From Pseudomonadota bacterium (lineage in GTDB: Bacteria > Pseudomonadota > Gammaproteobacteria > Burkholderiales > SG8-39), in contig JAFEDL010000029.1 of the NCBI GenBank assembly GCA_018241645.1, positions 36,389 to 100,388 of the forward strand: a DNA stretch of 64,000 nt, written 5' to 3'. The position numbers were made by a program, and so were the translations under genes. Positions 38,294-47,418 of this stretch are shown piece after piece (the first letter of the stretch is position 1; each line of letters begins with the position of its first letter). The notes beneath the pieces were generated by a model. The model was not told where the DNA came from. It saw only the letters and a list, made by a program, of their open reading frames with translations, and ran no database searches.

Positions 38294-39031
38294 TCACCCC
38301 AGCCGGCCCAGTGCCGGAACCGCGTCGAGCAGCCAGATCGCCAGGACCGACAGCTGCCCGGTAATCATCGCGGTACCCAATGCCACCAGGACCAGCCCGC
38401 CCCCCATTTGCAGCACTGCGCCCAGGCCCCGGAGTTTGCCTAGCCACTTGGCAGCCCGGTCCACGAACAGCGCGGCCAGCAGGAACGGCACGCCGAGGCC
38501 AAGGGCATACGCCGCGAGCAGGCCGATCCCGGTCGCGCTGGTACCCGCGGCGCCGACGGCAAGAATGGCACCGAGCACCGGTCCGATGCAGGGCGTCCAC
38601 CCGAAAGCGAACGCCACGCCGAGCACGAAGGCGGCGGTCGGGCTGCCGCCGCTGAGGTGCGGATGCAACCGCAGATCGCGCTGCAGCCACGGCACCCACC
38701 GCCATAACCCCAGCGTAAACAGCCCGAACGCAATCACGATCGCACCGGCTACCAGATTCGCCTCGTAGCGGTAGTGAAGGAACAATTGCCCGAGTGCGGT
38801 CGCGCTGGCGCCGAACGCCAGGAACACGATCGAAAAGCCCGCCACAAAAAACGTGCTCATGCCGAGCGCTGCAAGCCTTTCCGGCGCATGCAGATGCCTC
38901 TTCCCGTGGATGCCCCCTCCGGCGACATACGACACATAGGCGGGCACCAGCGGCAGCACGCACGGCGAAAGGAACGAGACGATCCCTGCCGCGAATGCGG
39001 CCAGCATTCCAATGGACGCGGCGTCGGTCAT
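38294..39031 (-). CDS. ccdA: CcdA/DsbD-family thiol-disulfide electron transporter (second copy)
   Basis: LSPCVLPLVPAY and GWTPCIGPVLG. ATGA overlap with the cusA stop. Confidence 0.85.
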   Translation of the reverse strand: MTDAASIGMLAAFAAGIVSFLSPCVLPLVPAYVSYVAGGGIHGKRHLHAPERLAALGMSTFFVAGFSIVFLAFGASATALGQLFLHYRYEANLVAGAIVIAFGLFTLGLWRWVPWLQRDLRLHPHLSGGSPTAAFVLGVAFAFGWTPCIGPVLGAILAVGAAGTSATGIGLLAAYALGLGVPFLLAALFVDRAAKWLGKLRGLGAVLQMGGGLVLVALGTAMITGQLSVLAIWLLDAVPALGRLG

Positions 39032-42000
39032 GGCCGATTCCTCCGCCGCGCGCGCTCAAGGCCGAACTCCTTGACCAGTCCGTAGATCGCGGGGATCACG
39101 ATCAGGGTCAGGAGGGTCGAGGAAATCATTCCGCCCACCATCGGCGCCGCAATGCGGCGCATCGTTTCGGATCCGGTGCCGCTGCCCCACATGATCGGGA
39201 GCAGGCCGGCCATGATGGCCACTACCGTCATCATTTTCGGCCGCACGCGATCCACCGCACCCTCCATCACCGCTTCGTACAGATCGGCGACGGTCGGCGT
39301 CTTGCCTTCGGTGGCGCGCTTTGCCCTGATGGCCTCCCAGGCGTGGTCGAGATAGATCAGCATCACCACCCCGGTCTCCGCAGCGACGCCGGCGAGCGCG
39401 ATGAAACCCACGGCCACCGCGACGCTTACGTTGTAGTCGAGCAGCCACATCAGCCAGACGCCGCCGACGAGCGAAAACGGCACCGAAAGCATGACGATCA
39501 GCGTTTCCGTCAGGCGTCGGAAGTTCAGGTACAGCAGCAGGAAGATGATCGTCAGGGTCAGCGGGACCACGATGACGAGCTTTTCCTTCGCCCGCTCCAT
39601 GTACTCGAACTGGCCGCTCCAGGTGGCATAGTAGCCAGGGGGAAACTGCACCTGTTCGCGCACCGCCTTTTGCGCGTCGGCCACGTAACCGCCGATGTCC
39701 CGATCGCGGATGTCCACGAAGATGTACGCGGCCAGCAGCGCGTTTTCGGTGCGTATGGCCGGGGGCGCCTGCGTCAGGCTGACGCGGGCGAGCTGTCCCA
39801 GAGGGATCATCGCGCCGTTCATGATCGGCACCAGGACCTGCGTGGAGATGCCCTGTGGATCCTGACGCAACTCGCGCGGATAGCGCACGATCACGCCGTA
39901 GCGCTCGAGACCTTCCACCGTGGTGGTCACCATTTCACCCCCTAGCGCCGTGCCGATGACCTCCTGCAGTTCGCCCACGCCCAGGCCATAACGCGCCAAG
40001 GCCAGCCGGTCGGGTTCGATGTCGAGGTAATACCCGCCCGTGACTCGCTCGGCATACGCGCTGGTGGTCCCGGGAACAGCCTTCACGACCGATTCGATTG
40101 TTTTGGCGAGTTTTTCGATCTCGGCCAGGCTTTTGCCGTAGACCTTGATTCCGATCGGGGTTCGGATGCCGGTCGCGAGCATGTCGATGCGGCCCTTGAT
40201 GGGCATCGTCCATGCGTTGGAGACCCCGGGAATCTGGACCGCCTTGTCCATCTCCGCGATCAGCTTGTCCACGGTCATGCCCGGGCGCCATTCGCTTTGC
40301 GGCTTGAGGTTGATGACGGTTTCGGACATCTCGAGCGGCGCGGGGTCGGTCGCAGTCCCGGCGCGGCCGGCTTTGCCGAAAACCGAGGCGACCTCGGGAA
40401 ACGTCTTGAGGATCTTGTCCTGGGTCTGCAACAGCTCACCGGCCTTGGTGACCGACATCGAGGGCAGCGAGGCCGGCATGTACAGCAGGGTTCCTTCGTT
40501 CAGCACCGGCATGAACTCGCTGCCCAGCCGCATTGCGGGGTAGGCCGACAGGCCCAACGCAAGGATGGCGGCGGCGATGGTGAGTTTCTTCCGGCGCATC
40601 ACCCCCTCGATCACTGGGCGGTAGATCCAGATCAGGAAGCGATTAACCGGGTTCTTCTTCTCCGGCATGATCCTGCCGCGTATGAACAGCAGCATCAGCA
40701 CCGGTACCAGCGTGATCGACAAGAGCGCCGCCCCCGCCATGGAAAACGTCTTGGTGTAGGCGAGCGGCTTGAACATCCTGCCTTCCTGCGCTTCGAGCGT
40801 GAACACCGGCAGGAACGAGACGGTGATGATCAGGAGGCTGAAGAACAGCGCGGGCCCCACTTCCCGGCAGGCGTCGATCACGATCGGCAGGCGCGGCGCG
40901 TCCGGCGGCGCCCGCTCCAGGTGCTTGTGCGCGTTCTCGATCATGACGATGGCCGCATCCACCATGGCGCCGATGGCGATGGCGATGCCCCCCAGGCTCA
41001 TGATGTTCGAGTTGAGCCCCATCCAGTGCATTGCGATCAGCGCCATGAGCACGCCGACCGGCAGCATGACGATCGCCACTAGGGCGCTGCGCGCATGCAT
41101 CAGGAACACGACGCACACCAGCGCAACGATCACGCTTTCCTCGATCAGGGTGCGCGTCAGGTTGCCGATCGCGCGGTGGATCAGGTCGGACCGGTCGTAC
41201 ACGGTCTGCAGCGACACGCCCTTGGGAAGTCCGGCGGAGATTTCCGCGAGCCTGGCTTTGACGTTGTGGATGACATCGAGCGCGTTCTGGCCGTAGCGTG
41301 CGACGACGATGCCGGCAACCACCTCCCCTTCGCCGTTCAGTTCCGTGATCCCGCGGCGCTCGTCCGGCCCGAGTTCGACTTTTGCCACGTCGCGGATCAG
41401 CACCGGCACGCCCTTGTCCGCCTTGACGACCAGATTCTCGATGTCGGTTACACCGCGCAGATAGCCCCGGCCGCGCACGACGAACTCGGTCTCCGCCAGT
41501 TCGATGACGCGGCCGCCCACGTCCCGGTTGCTCGCGCGAATCACTTCGGCGACCTTGTTCAGGGGGATTCCGTAGGCCTGCAGCTTGCGCGGCTCGACGA
41601 TCACCTGGTATTGCTTCACGAAGCCGCCCACGCTCGCCACTTCCGCCACGCCCTGCGCCTTGGTGAGTTGGTAGCGCACAAACCAGTCCTGAATGGTGCG
41701 CAACTCGGCGAGGGTGTGCTGAGCAGCGACCACGGCGTACTGGTACACCCAGCCGACCCCGGTGGCGTCCGGACCGAGGCTGGGGCGGACCCCTTGCGGC
41801 ATCTGTCCCGATGCGAAATTGAGATATTCCAGTACCCGCGTGCGCGCCCAGTAGATGTCGGTGCCGTCCTCGAAGATGACGTAGATGAAGGAGGCGCCGA
41901 ACACCGAGAGCCCCCGCACCACCTTCGATTTGGGCACCGCCAGCATGGCCGTGCTCAGCGGATAGGTGATCTGGTCCTCCACCACCTGCGGCGCCTGGCC

Positions 42001-42162
42001 CGGGTACTCGGTGTAGATGATCACCTGCACGTCCGACAGGTCCGGAATCGCATCCAGCGGCGTACGCATCACCGCATAGATCCCGGTTGCGACGATGAAA
42101 AGCGTGCCCAGAAGCACCAGAAACACGTTGCGGACCGACCAGGCGATGATGCGTTCGAGCAT
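39028..42162 (-). CDS. cusA: Heavy-metal efflux RND pump, CusA family
   Basis: 1044 aa. The N-terminus MLERIIAWSVRNVFLVLLGTLF and overall HME-RND architecture. Confidence 0.95.
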   Translation of the reverse strand: MLERIIAWSVRNVFLVLLGTLFIVATGIYAVMRTPLDAIPDLSDVQVIIYTEYPGQAPQVVEDQITYPLSTAMLAVPKSKVVRGLSVFGASFIYVIFEDGTDIYWARTRVLEYLNFASGQMPQGVRPSLGPDATGVGWVYQYAVVAAQHTLAELRTIQDWFVRYQLTKAQGVAEVASVGGFVKQYQVIVEPRKLQAYGIPLNKVAEVIRASNRDVGGRVIELAETEFVVRGRGYLRGVTDIENLVVKADKGVPVLIRDVAKVELGPDERRGITELNGEGEVVAGIVVARYGQNALDVIHNVKARLAEISAGLPKGVSLQTVYDRSDLIHRAIGNLTRTLIEESVIVALVCVVFLMHARSALVAIVMLPVGVLMALIAMHWMGLNSNIMSLGGIAIAIGAMVDAAIVMIENAHKHLERAPPDAPRLPIVIDACREVGPALFFSLLIITVSFLPVFTLEAQEGRMFKPLAYTKTFSMAGAALLSITLVPVLMLLFIRGRIMPEKKNPVNRFLIWIYRPVIEGVMRRKKLTIAAAILALGLSAYPAMRLGSEFMPVLNEGTLLYMPASLPSMSVTKAGELLQTQDKILKTFPEVASVFGKAGRAGTATDPAPLEMSETVINLKPQSEWRPGMTVDKLIAEMDKAVQIPGVSNAWTMPIKGRIDMLATGIRTPIGIKVYGKSLAEIEKLAKTIESVVKAVPGTTSAYAERVTGGYYLDIEPDRLALARYGLGVGELQEVIGTALGGEMVTTTVEGLERYGVIVRYPRELRQDPQGISTQVLVPIMNGAMIPLGQLARVSLTQAPPAIRTENALLAAYIFVDIRDRDIGGYVADAQKAVREQVQFPPGYYATWSGQFEYMERAKEKLVIVVPLTLTIIFLLLYLNFRRLTETLIVMLSVPFSLVGGVWLMWLLDYNVSVAVAVGFIALAGVAAETGVVMLIYLDHAWEAIRAKRATEGKTPTVADLYEAVMEGAVDRVRPKMMTVVAIMAGLLPIMWGSGTGSETMRRIAAPMVGGMISSTLLTLIVIPAIYGLVKEFGLERARRRNRP

Positions 42163-42163
42163 G

Positions 42164-43738
42164 TCAGTGCGCTCCGTGGCCGCCGGCTGAGGGTTGGATG
42201 CTCACGATCAGGAACTCCCCCTTGCCCGCATCGATGAATTCGAACGCAATCTTCTGGCCCGGTTTCAGCGCCCGAAGCAGTGCCGGATCCTTGACGCGGA
42301 ATTCCATGGACATGGCCGGCCATTTGAGGCTGGCGACCGGCCCGTGCGCAAGCGTGACGCTGCCGTTGGCGAGATCCAGTGCTTCGACACCGCCCTCGGC
42401 CCGGTGCACCGCCGACCCGCCTGCCGCTGCGCCGGCGTCGGCTTTGGCGCCGTGCGTGCCATGGCCAAATCCACCGAGCGCCGCCTTGAGATTGCTCTCT
42501 GCATCGATCAGGAAATTGGCGCTCACGACAACCGCTTCGCCCGCCTTTACGCCTTCCAGAACTTCGACGTAGCCATCGGCGCGCGACCCGAGTTTCACGG
42601 CGCGTGGGTCGAAGCGGCCGCCGCCGAGGTCGACGAGCACGACCTGACGCGTACCAGTGTCGAGCACCGCCGAATCCGGCACGGCCAGCACCTTCGCTTT
42701 GCCGCGGCTCGACGCGATCTCCACCCTCGCGTACATCGCGGGCTTGAGCAGGCCCTGCCCGTTGGCCAGTTCGATGCGGACCCTGGCGGTGCGGGTTTCC
42801 GGGGCCACCGTCGGGTAGATGAACGTGATCCTGCCGTTGAACTGCTTCTCCGGATATGCATCGACCTTGATGGCGGCCGCATCGCCGGGCCGCACCGTCG
42901 CGAGGTCCTGCTCGAACACGTCCGCCAGAACCCATACACTGGAGAGGTCGGCGATCTGGTACAGCACCTCCCCGGCCATGAAGCGTTTACCCTGGATGGA
43001 AGGCTTCTCGAGCACCACGCCGGTCGCGGACGAGCGCAGGGTGACGAATTGCCTCGCCTTGCCTTCCTGCTGCAACAGCTTCAGTTCGGCCTCCGAGATG
43101 TCCCAGTTGCGCAACCGCTGCAGCGCGCCCTCGACCAGTCGCTGCATGCCGGCCCGGACTTCCGGCCCGCCCTCGGCGACCGACTGCAGGCCTTTCCAGG
43201 CGATCAGGTATTCCTGCTGCGCCGTGATCAGGTCGGGGCTGTAGACATCCATCAGGGCGTCGCCCTTCCTGACCGCCTGGCCGGTCGTGTTGACGTATAG
43301 GCGCTCGATCCAGCCATCGAACCGGGGCGCCACCGTATGCAGGCGCCGCTCGTCGGCCTGCACGGTCGACACCGCCCTGACCGTGCGGGTCAGCTCACGC
43401 AGCGCGGCGGCTTCCGTCCTTACGCCCAGTTTTTGCACCTTTTCGACGCTGATCTTCACCGCCGCGCCATCCGACGCTGGCTCTTCGCCCTCGTACACCG
43501 GGGTGTAGTCCATGCCCATCGGGTCCTTTTTCGGCGCCGGCGAAGTGTCGGGCAGGCCCATCGGGTTGCGGTAGTAAAGAATCTTGCGCTCGGCCTTGAC
43601 CTCCGCCGCCGGCGGCGCTCCAACCTGTTCCCGAGCGGTGCCGGAGTGCGCCGGCTGGTTCGAACCCCACCAATAGCCCACACCGGAAGCCGCGGCTGCC
43701 ACGACGACCAGGGTAGCTGCGGTCGCTGTCCACTTCAT
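42164..43738 (-). CDS. cusB: Cu(I)/Ag(I) efflux periplasmic adaptor CusB with a C-terminal CusF-like domain (SilB-like)
   Basis: N-terminal Met motif YYRNPMGLPDTSPAPKKDPMGMDYTPV. The C-terminal 80 aa contain LAHGPVASLKWPAMSMEFRV. Confidence 0.9.
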   Translation of the reverse strand: MKWTATAATLVVVAAAASGVGYWWGSNQPAHSGTAREQVGAPPAAEVKAERKILYYRNPMGLPDTSPAPKKDPMGMDYTPVYEGEEPASDGAAVKISVEKVQKLGVRTEAAALRELTRTVRAVSTVQADERRLHTVAPRFDGWIERLYVNTTGQAVRKGDALMDVYSPDLITAQQEYLIAWKGLQSVAEGGPEVRAGMQRLVEGALQRLRNWDISEAELKLLQQEGKARQFVTLRSSATGVVLEKPSIQGKRFMAGEVLYQIADLSSVWVLADVFEQDLATVRPGDAAAIKVDAYPEKQFNGRITFIYPTVAPETRTARVRIELANGQGLLKPAMYARVEIASSRGKAKVLAVPDSAVLDTGTRQVVLVDLGGGRFDPRAVKLGSRADGYVEVLEGVKAGEAVVVSANFLIDAESNLKAALGGFGHGTHGAKADAGAAAGGSAVHRAEGGVEALDLANGSVTLAHGPVASLKWPAMSMEFRVKDPALLRALKPGQKIAFEFIDAGKGEFLIVSIQPSAGGHGAH

Positions 43739-43787
43739 AGTCTTCTCCAGATGCTTGGATGCCGTGCGTTTGGAAACAACGAGCCGA

Positions 43788-45122
43788 TCAAAGGCCGGAC
43801 TTGCCGGTCAGAAATTCCATCTCCGCGAGCGCCTTGTTGTAGCTCGAAAGCGCCGATGCGTGGCTGATCTCGTAATTGAGAACCGTCATCTGGCTGTCGA
43901 GCAGCGTGAGGAAATCGACCCGATTGACGCGGTAGGCGGCAAGCGACGATTCCACCGCGAGCCGCGCCTGAGGCAGGACGCCCGTCTCGTAAAGTCGCGC
44001 CGACTTCAGGCTCTGCTCGGCGTTGGCCGCCTGCTGACGCAGCCTCGAGACCAGCTCATTGCGCTGCGCCTCGTACATGTCCGATGCCTGATCGCGCATT
44101 GCGATCGCCTCCGCAACCCGGGGATCGCGCTTGGTCTCGCGCCAGACCGGCAGGTTGATCGCGACGGTAAAGCTCACCATATCGTCGCGGCGCATTCCTT
44201 CCAGCGTCCTGTCCCTCTGGCCGTAGGAAAGCTTGACGTCGAAATCCGGGTAGTAGTCCTTGCGCGCCAGGTCGAGGGTCCTTGCGCTGCGCTCGACCAG
44301 GCTCTTCAGCCCAAGGAGCTGCGGACGCTCCCTGAGGGCGGTTTCGAGCAGCGTATCCAGTTGCAGCGGCGCCTCCCTCAGGCGCAACGCGGCCGGCGCG
44401 GGCACGCCGGCCGAGGGTGCACGGCCGAGCACGCGCGTCAGTTCCGCCTCTATCGTCCGGCGTTCGCGCGCCAGCTTGATCAGTTCGTCCGTCATTCTCG
44501 ACAGCTGGGTCTGCGCCTTGAGCACGTCCGCCTGCGTTCCCTGGCCGACCCCGTATCGCGATTCGGAGATTTGCAGGAATTGCTCGAGCACCTGCCTGTT
44601 CCGTTCCACCACACGCGCCGACTCCACGCTCAGCGCGAGCTCGAAATACGCGACCTTCACGTCGCGCAGCACGCGGTTGACGGTTTCCTGGTAGGCATAG
44701 CCGATCGATTCGGCGTCCTTGGCGGCCACGTCCTGCCTCAGGTCGCGCTTGCCGGGGTAGGGAATCCTCTGCGACAGACCGAGCATTTTCATGGTCATGT
44801 CCTCGCGCCTGAAGGGTTGCGAGGCCAGCGGCGCGTTGATCACCCCGGCCTCGAGCATCGGGTCGTCGAGCGCCCCGGCCGGCAATACGCGCTGCTGCGC
44901 CGCCAAGCGCTCGTTCCCCGCAGCGCGGATTTCAGGGCTGTTGCGCGCAGCCTCGGAAAGGAGTTCCTGTAATTGCGCTTCGCGCGGGAACTCCGGTGCT
45001 GCGCTCACGCCGGCCGGCGTTGCCGCGAACAGTAGCACTCCGATCAGGGCGAACTTGAACCGATCTTCGTAACGGGTATGGCAATGGCTCATCTGGATCT
45101 CCCAAAAGAACTCGCGCCGCAA
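43788..45122 (-). CDS. cusC: Outer-membrane efflux factor (TolC family), CusC-like
   Basis: 444 aa with the two-repeat OEP architecture. The start may be a downstream Met. Confidence 0.85.
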   Translation of the reverse strand: MRREFFWEIQMSHCHTRYEDRFKFALIGVLLFAATPAGVSAAPEFPREAQLQELLSEAARNSPEIRAAGNERLAAQQRVLPAGALDDPMLEAGVINAPLASQPFRREDMTMKMLGLSQRIPYPGKRDLRQDVAAKDAESIGYAYQETVNRVLRDVKVAYFELALSVESARVVERNRQVLEQFLQISESRYGVGQGTQADVLKAQTQLSRMTDELIKLARERRTIEAELTRVLGRAPSAGVPAPAALRLREAPLQLDTLLETALRERPQLLGLKSLVERSARTLDLARKDYYPDFDVKLSYGQRDRTLEGMRRDDMVSFTVAINLPVWRETKRDPRVAEAIAMRDQASDMYEAQRNELVSRLRQQAANAEQSLKSARLYETGVLPQARLAVESSLAAYRVNRVDFLTLLDSQMTVLNYEISHASALSSYNKALAEMEFLTGKSGL

Positions 45123-45176
45123 TGTGCGCGCGAGCGGACAACGCGCGGCCGCAAGCCGGCCGCGCAGCCCGGGAGA

Positions 45177-45548
45177 TCAGACTTGGAAGGACTGGAGCAG
45201 GATGCGTCTTGGGGGACCGATCCCGAGCGCACGGTCCGAAATGTATGCGACGACGGCATACGGCACCGGATCGGGCTGCACCACGAGCGTCAGTATCGGC
45301 GCCGAAGGCATTGCGGGAACATCCATCGTCACCTTCTGCACTGCCTGCCGATCCGACAGGCAGTGCGCGAGGCAAGCCGCGCCGAACCCGGAATCGTGGC
45401 AGGGAGCGACTTCGGCCGCCGCCAGCACTGCGCGGTCCGGCGAGTTCTCGAGCCAGTCGCAAGCAGACAGGGCCATCACGCCTTGCGCGAACAGCATCAG
45501 CGCAAGCATGATCCGCGCGATCAGGAGGCGGTGTAGGCGGAAACCCAT
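45177..45548 (-). CDS. Small Cys/His-containing exported protein heading the cus array (DUF2946/CzcI-like?)
   Basis: N-terminal TM/signal segment, then SACDW, PCHDSGFGAACLAHC. The family is uncertain. The start may be Met14, given the promoter geometry. Confidence 0.4.
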   Translation of the reverse strand: MGFRLHRLLIARIMLALMLFAQGVMALSACDWLENSPDRAVLAAAEVAPCHDSGFGAACLAHCLSDRQAVQKVTMDVPAMPSAPILTLVVQPDPVPYAVVAYISDRALGIGPPRRILLQSFQV

Positions 45549-45554
45549 TTGGTA

Positions 45555-45595
45555 ATTCTAAGCATTCCGCCCGATGCGAGGTTGATTTAGATCAA
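45555..45595 (-). promoter_or_regulatory. Class II FNR/CRP-family-type promoter: perfect box TTGATTTAGATCAA plus -10 TAGAAT
   Basis: The box lies at 45582..45595 inside the 18-bp palindrome GGTTGATTTAGATCAACC. TAGAAT lies on the minus strand at 45560..45555, 21 nt from the box. Confidence 0.5.
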
Positions 45596-45768
45596 CCGGT
45601 GTGGGCATCAATGTCCATGAAAGACCTGTGGTTTTCCCGGAAAAGCACTGGGAGGCCGGGGCGTCCCGGACCGATCCGGGGCGATTGGATGGCCAAGCCG
45701 ACCGCTATGGGGCGCCTGGCCCAGAAGAAGGAAGAACCGTGCCTGCCAGGCGCGCTCCGGCCGTTGAA

Positions 45769-46035
45769 TCAATGACCCGGCTTGAGCGTGCCGTGCTCGG
45801 TGATGGTCTTCCAGATCGCATTGTTCTTCATCATCACCTTGCTGCCGTCCTTGGCTTCCATGACCTTGCCGTCCTTCATCTTCTCGCGCTTCCCGGCCGC
45901 GTCGATGTGCGCCATGGTTCCATCCTTGTCGACAAAGACCTTGCCGCCGTCCTTCAGTTCGATGGTTATCGGCTCGGCCGCAGATACCGCACCCGCAAAT
46001 GCGAGCGCAATGATCGAAAGTGTGAATTTACGCAT
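45769..46035 (-). CDS. copK: CopK-like periplasmic copper-binding protein, copy 1
   Basis: Signal peptide plus KDGGKVFVDKDGTMAHIDAAGKREKMKDGKVMEAKDGSKVMMKNNAIW, which resembles C. metallidurans CopK. Confidence 0.7.
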   Translation of the reverse strand: MRKFTLSIIALAFAGAVSAAEPITIELKDGGKVFVDKDGTMAHIDAAGKREKMKDGKVMEAKDGSKVMMKNNAIWKTITEHGTLKPGH

Positions 46036-46319
46036 GATTCGATTCCTTTAAGAGTGTGGTCACGAACTGGCGCGCCGCTGAGCTAAGACGACTCATCAGT
46101 TGCGCTCCGCGGCAACACCGGTGCAGAAAGCATGCCAACCGAACCACGCGAGGGCAATCCGTTCGTTGGGCGAGGCCTTACCCTCAAGTCGCTCCGGTCC
46201 CGTCTAATTATGGGCGCGACAAAATAGTGCGAAAAATATTCCACCGCACTCACATAGTGCATTCTGGCACGCAGTGAATTTGAGCATCTCGGCACAATCT
46301 CCGCAATGTCCGTTACCAT

Positions 46320-46359
46320 TTGATCCCAGTCAAAATACTTACGCCGAACAGCCGATAAT
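46320..46359 (+). promoter_or_regulatory. FNR-type box TTGATCCCAGTCAA (9/10) with -10 GATAAT, facing gene 46451
   Basis: Box at 46320..46333. GATAAT at 46354..46359, 20 nt downstream. Confidence 0.4.
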
Positions 46360-46450
46360 GTGGTGGCCGCGATAGCAGGACTGGTCTGCCGACAGAGGCT
46401 CGCGCCGTTCCGAATCCGGCATATATTTACAACCACGCAAGGACTCAACC

Positions 46451-46690
46451 ATGAAACTCAAAATTTTTGCAGCAGCAGCCGTCGCCGCCTCCCTCGCAAT
46501 GCCGGTACTCGCCCAGGACAAATCCGCCACGGAAGCGCCGAAAGCCGACGCACCGAAAGCGCAAGCGAAGTCCAAGGCAAAGCCGCATAGCCACATGAAA
46601 GAGAAGACCGGAATCGAGCCCTCCGATCAGGCGACCGGCGCGTCCAAGCCCGTGGACAAGACAAAGCACTCTCACCCGAAAGAGAAGTAA
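46451..46690 (+). CDS. Small secreted Lys/His-rich protein with a duplicated HSH motif
   Basis: Signal peptide ...PVLAQD, with KPHSHMKEK and TKHSHPKEK. AAGGA RBS. Confidence 0.5.
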   Translation: MKLKIFAAAAVAASLAMPVLAQDKSATEAPKADAPKAQAKSKAKPHSHMKEKTGIEPSDQATGASKPVDKTKHSHPKEK

Positions 46691-46730
46691 CGCAGGGCCT
46701 GGCGGGCGCCTCCAGGCGCCGCCTTGCCGC

Positions 46731-47105
46731 CTATTTGGCAGGCATGGGATGCAGCATCTGGTCGTGCTGCATCATCTGTTCCATCATCATCTGCATCATG
46801 TCCATGCGCTTTTCCATCATGGCGTGGTGCTTCATCATTTCGCCTTTCTTGCCGTCCATCGGCATGCCCCCCATCATCGGGCCACCCATGCCGCGCATGC
46901 CCTTCATGCCTTCCTGCATCAGCCTCTGGCGCACCTCGGGATCCGTCACGATGTGGATCGTGTCCATCTGCGCCTGCATGGCTTTCATCTTTTCCATGTC
47001 CATCGCCATCGCGGGCTTGTCGTGGACATGCTTGTCCTGCGCCCACGCGATGGGCGCGGACGCCGCGCAAACAATGACGGCCGCAATCAATAGCGAGTTC
47101 TTCAT
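46731..47105 (-). CDS. Periplasmic methionine-rich protein (putative Cu(I) binding)
   Basis: Signal peptide. 29 Met in 124 aa, with MxM, MMxxM and HH clusters. Confidence 0.7.
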   Translation of the reverse strand: MKNSLLIAAVIVCAASAPIAWAQDKHVHDKPAMAMDMEKMKAMQAQMDTIHIVTDPEVRQRLMQEGMKGMRGMGGPMMGGMPMDGKKGEMMKHHAMMEKRMDMMQMMMEQMMQHDQMLHPMPAK

Positions 47106-47335
47106 TCTTGTTCCTCGTGTTGCTTCCTACCGAAGATAAGGAAGAAGAGCACGGCGCCCATGACCGCTACCAGCAAGGCGGAGGCCCACATCCAGCTGAT
47201 CACGCCACCGCTTGCGCTGTCCATCATCCCGTTTCTCATCATGTTCCCGGTCATCGTGCCGCCGCCGAAGAACAACAGCAGCACGGCGACAGCAACTGCG
47301 GTAATTATCCAAGCGGACCTGCTTGTCGTATCCAT
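47102..47335 (-). CDS. Small two-TM membrane protein with a Met-rich loop
   Basis: 77 aa. The loop reads GTMTGNMMRNGMMDS. Its stop overlaps the ATG of the Met-rich protein gene (ATGA). Confidence 0.45.
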   Translation of the reverse strand: MDTTSRSAWIITAVAVAVLLLFFGGGTMTGNMMRNGMMDSASGGVISWMWASALLVAVMGAVLFFLIFGRKQHEEQE

Positions 47336-47418
47336 GGCGTATCTCCGGTGACGGGAAGCCTCAAGAAATACTTGTAAGCGTCCCCCTTCCCCTCGTCCGT
47401 GCGCTGGCGCACCCAGCC

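Noticed and set aside
46697-46717. GC-rich inverted repeat GCCTGG…CCAGGC between the convergent genes 46451..46690 and 46731..47105.
   Set aside because: The stem is short (6 bp) with a 9-nt loop and no U-tract on either strand.
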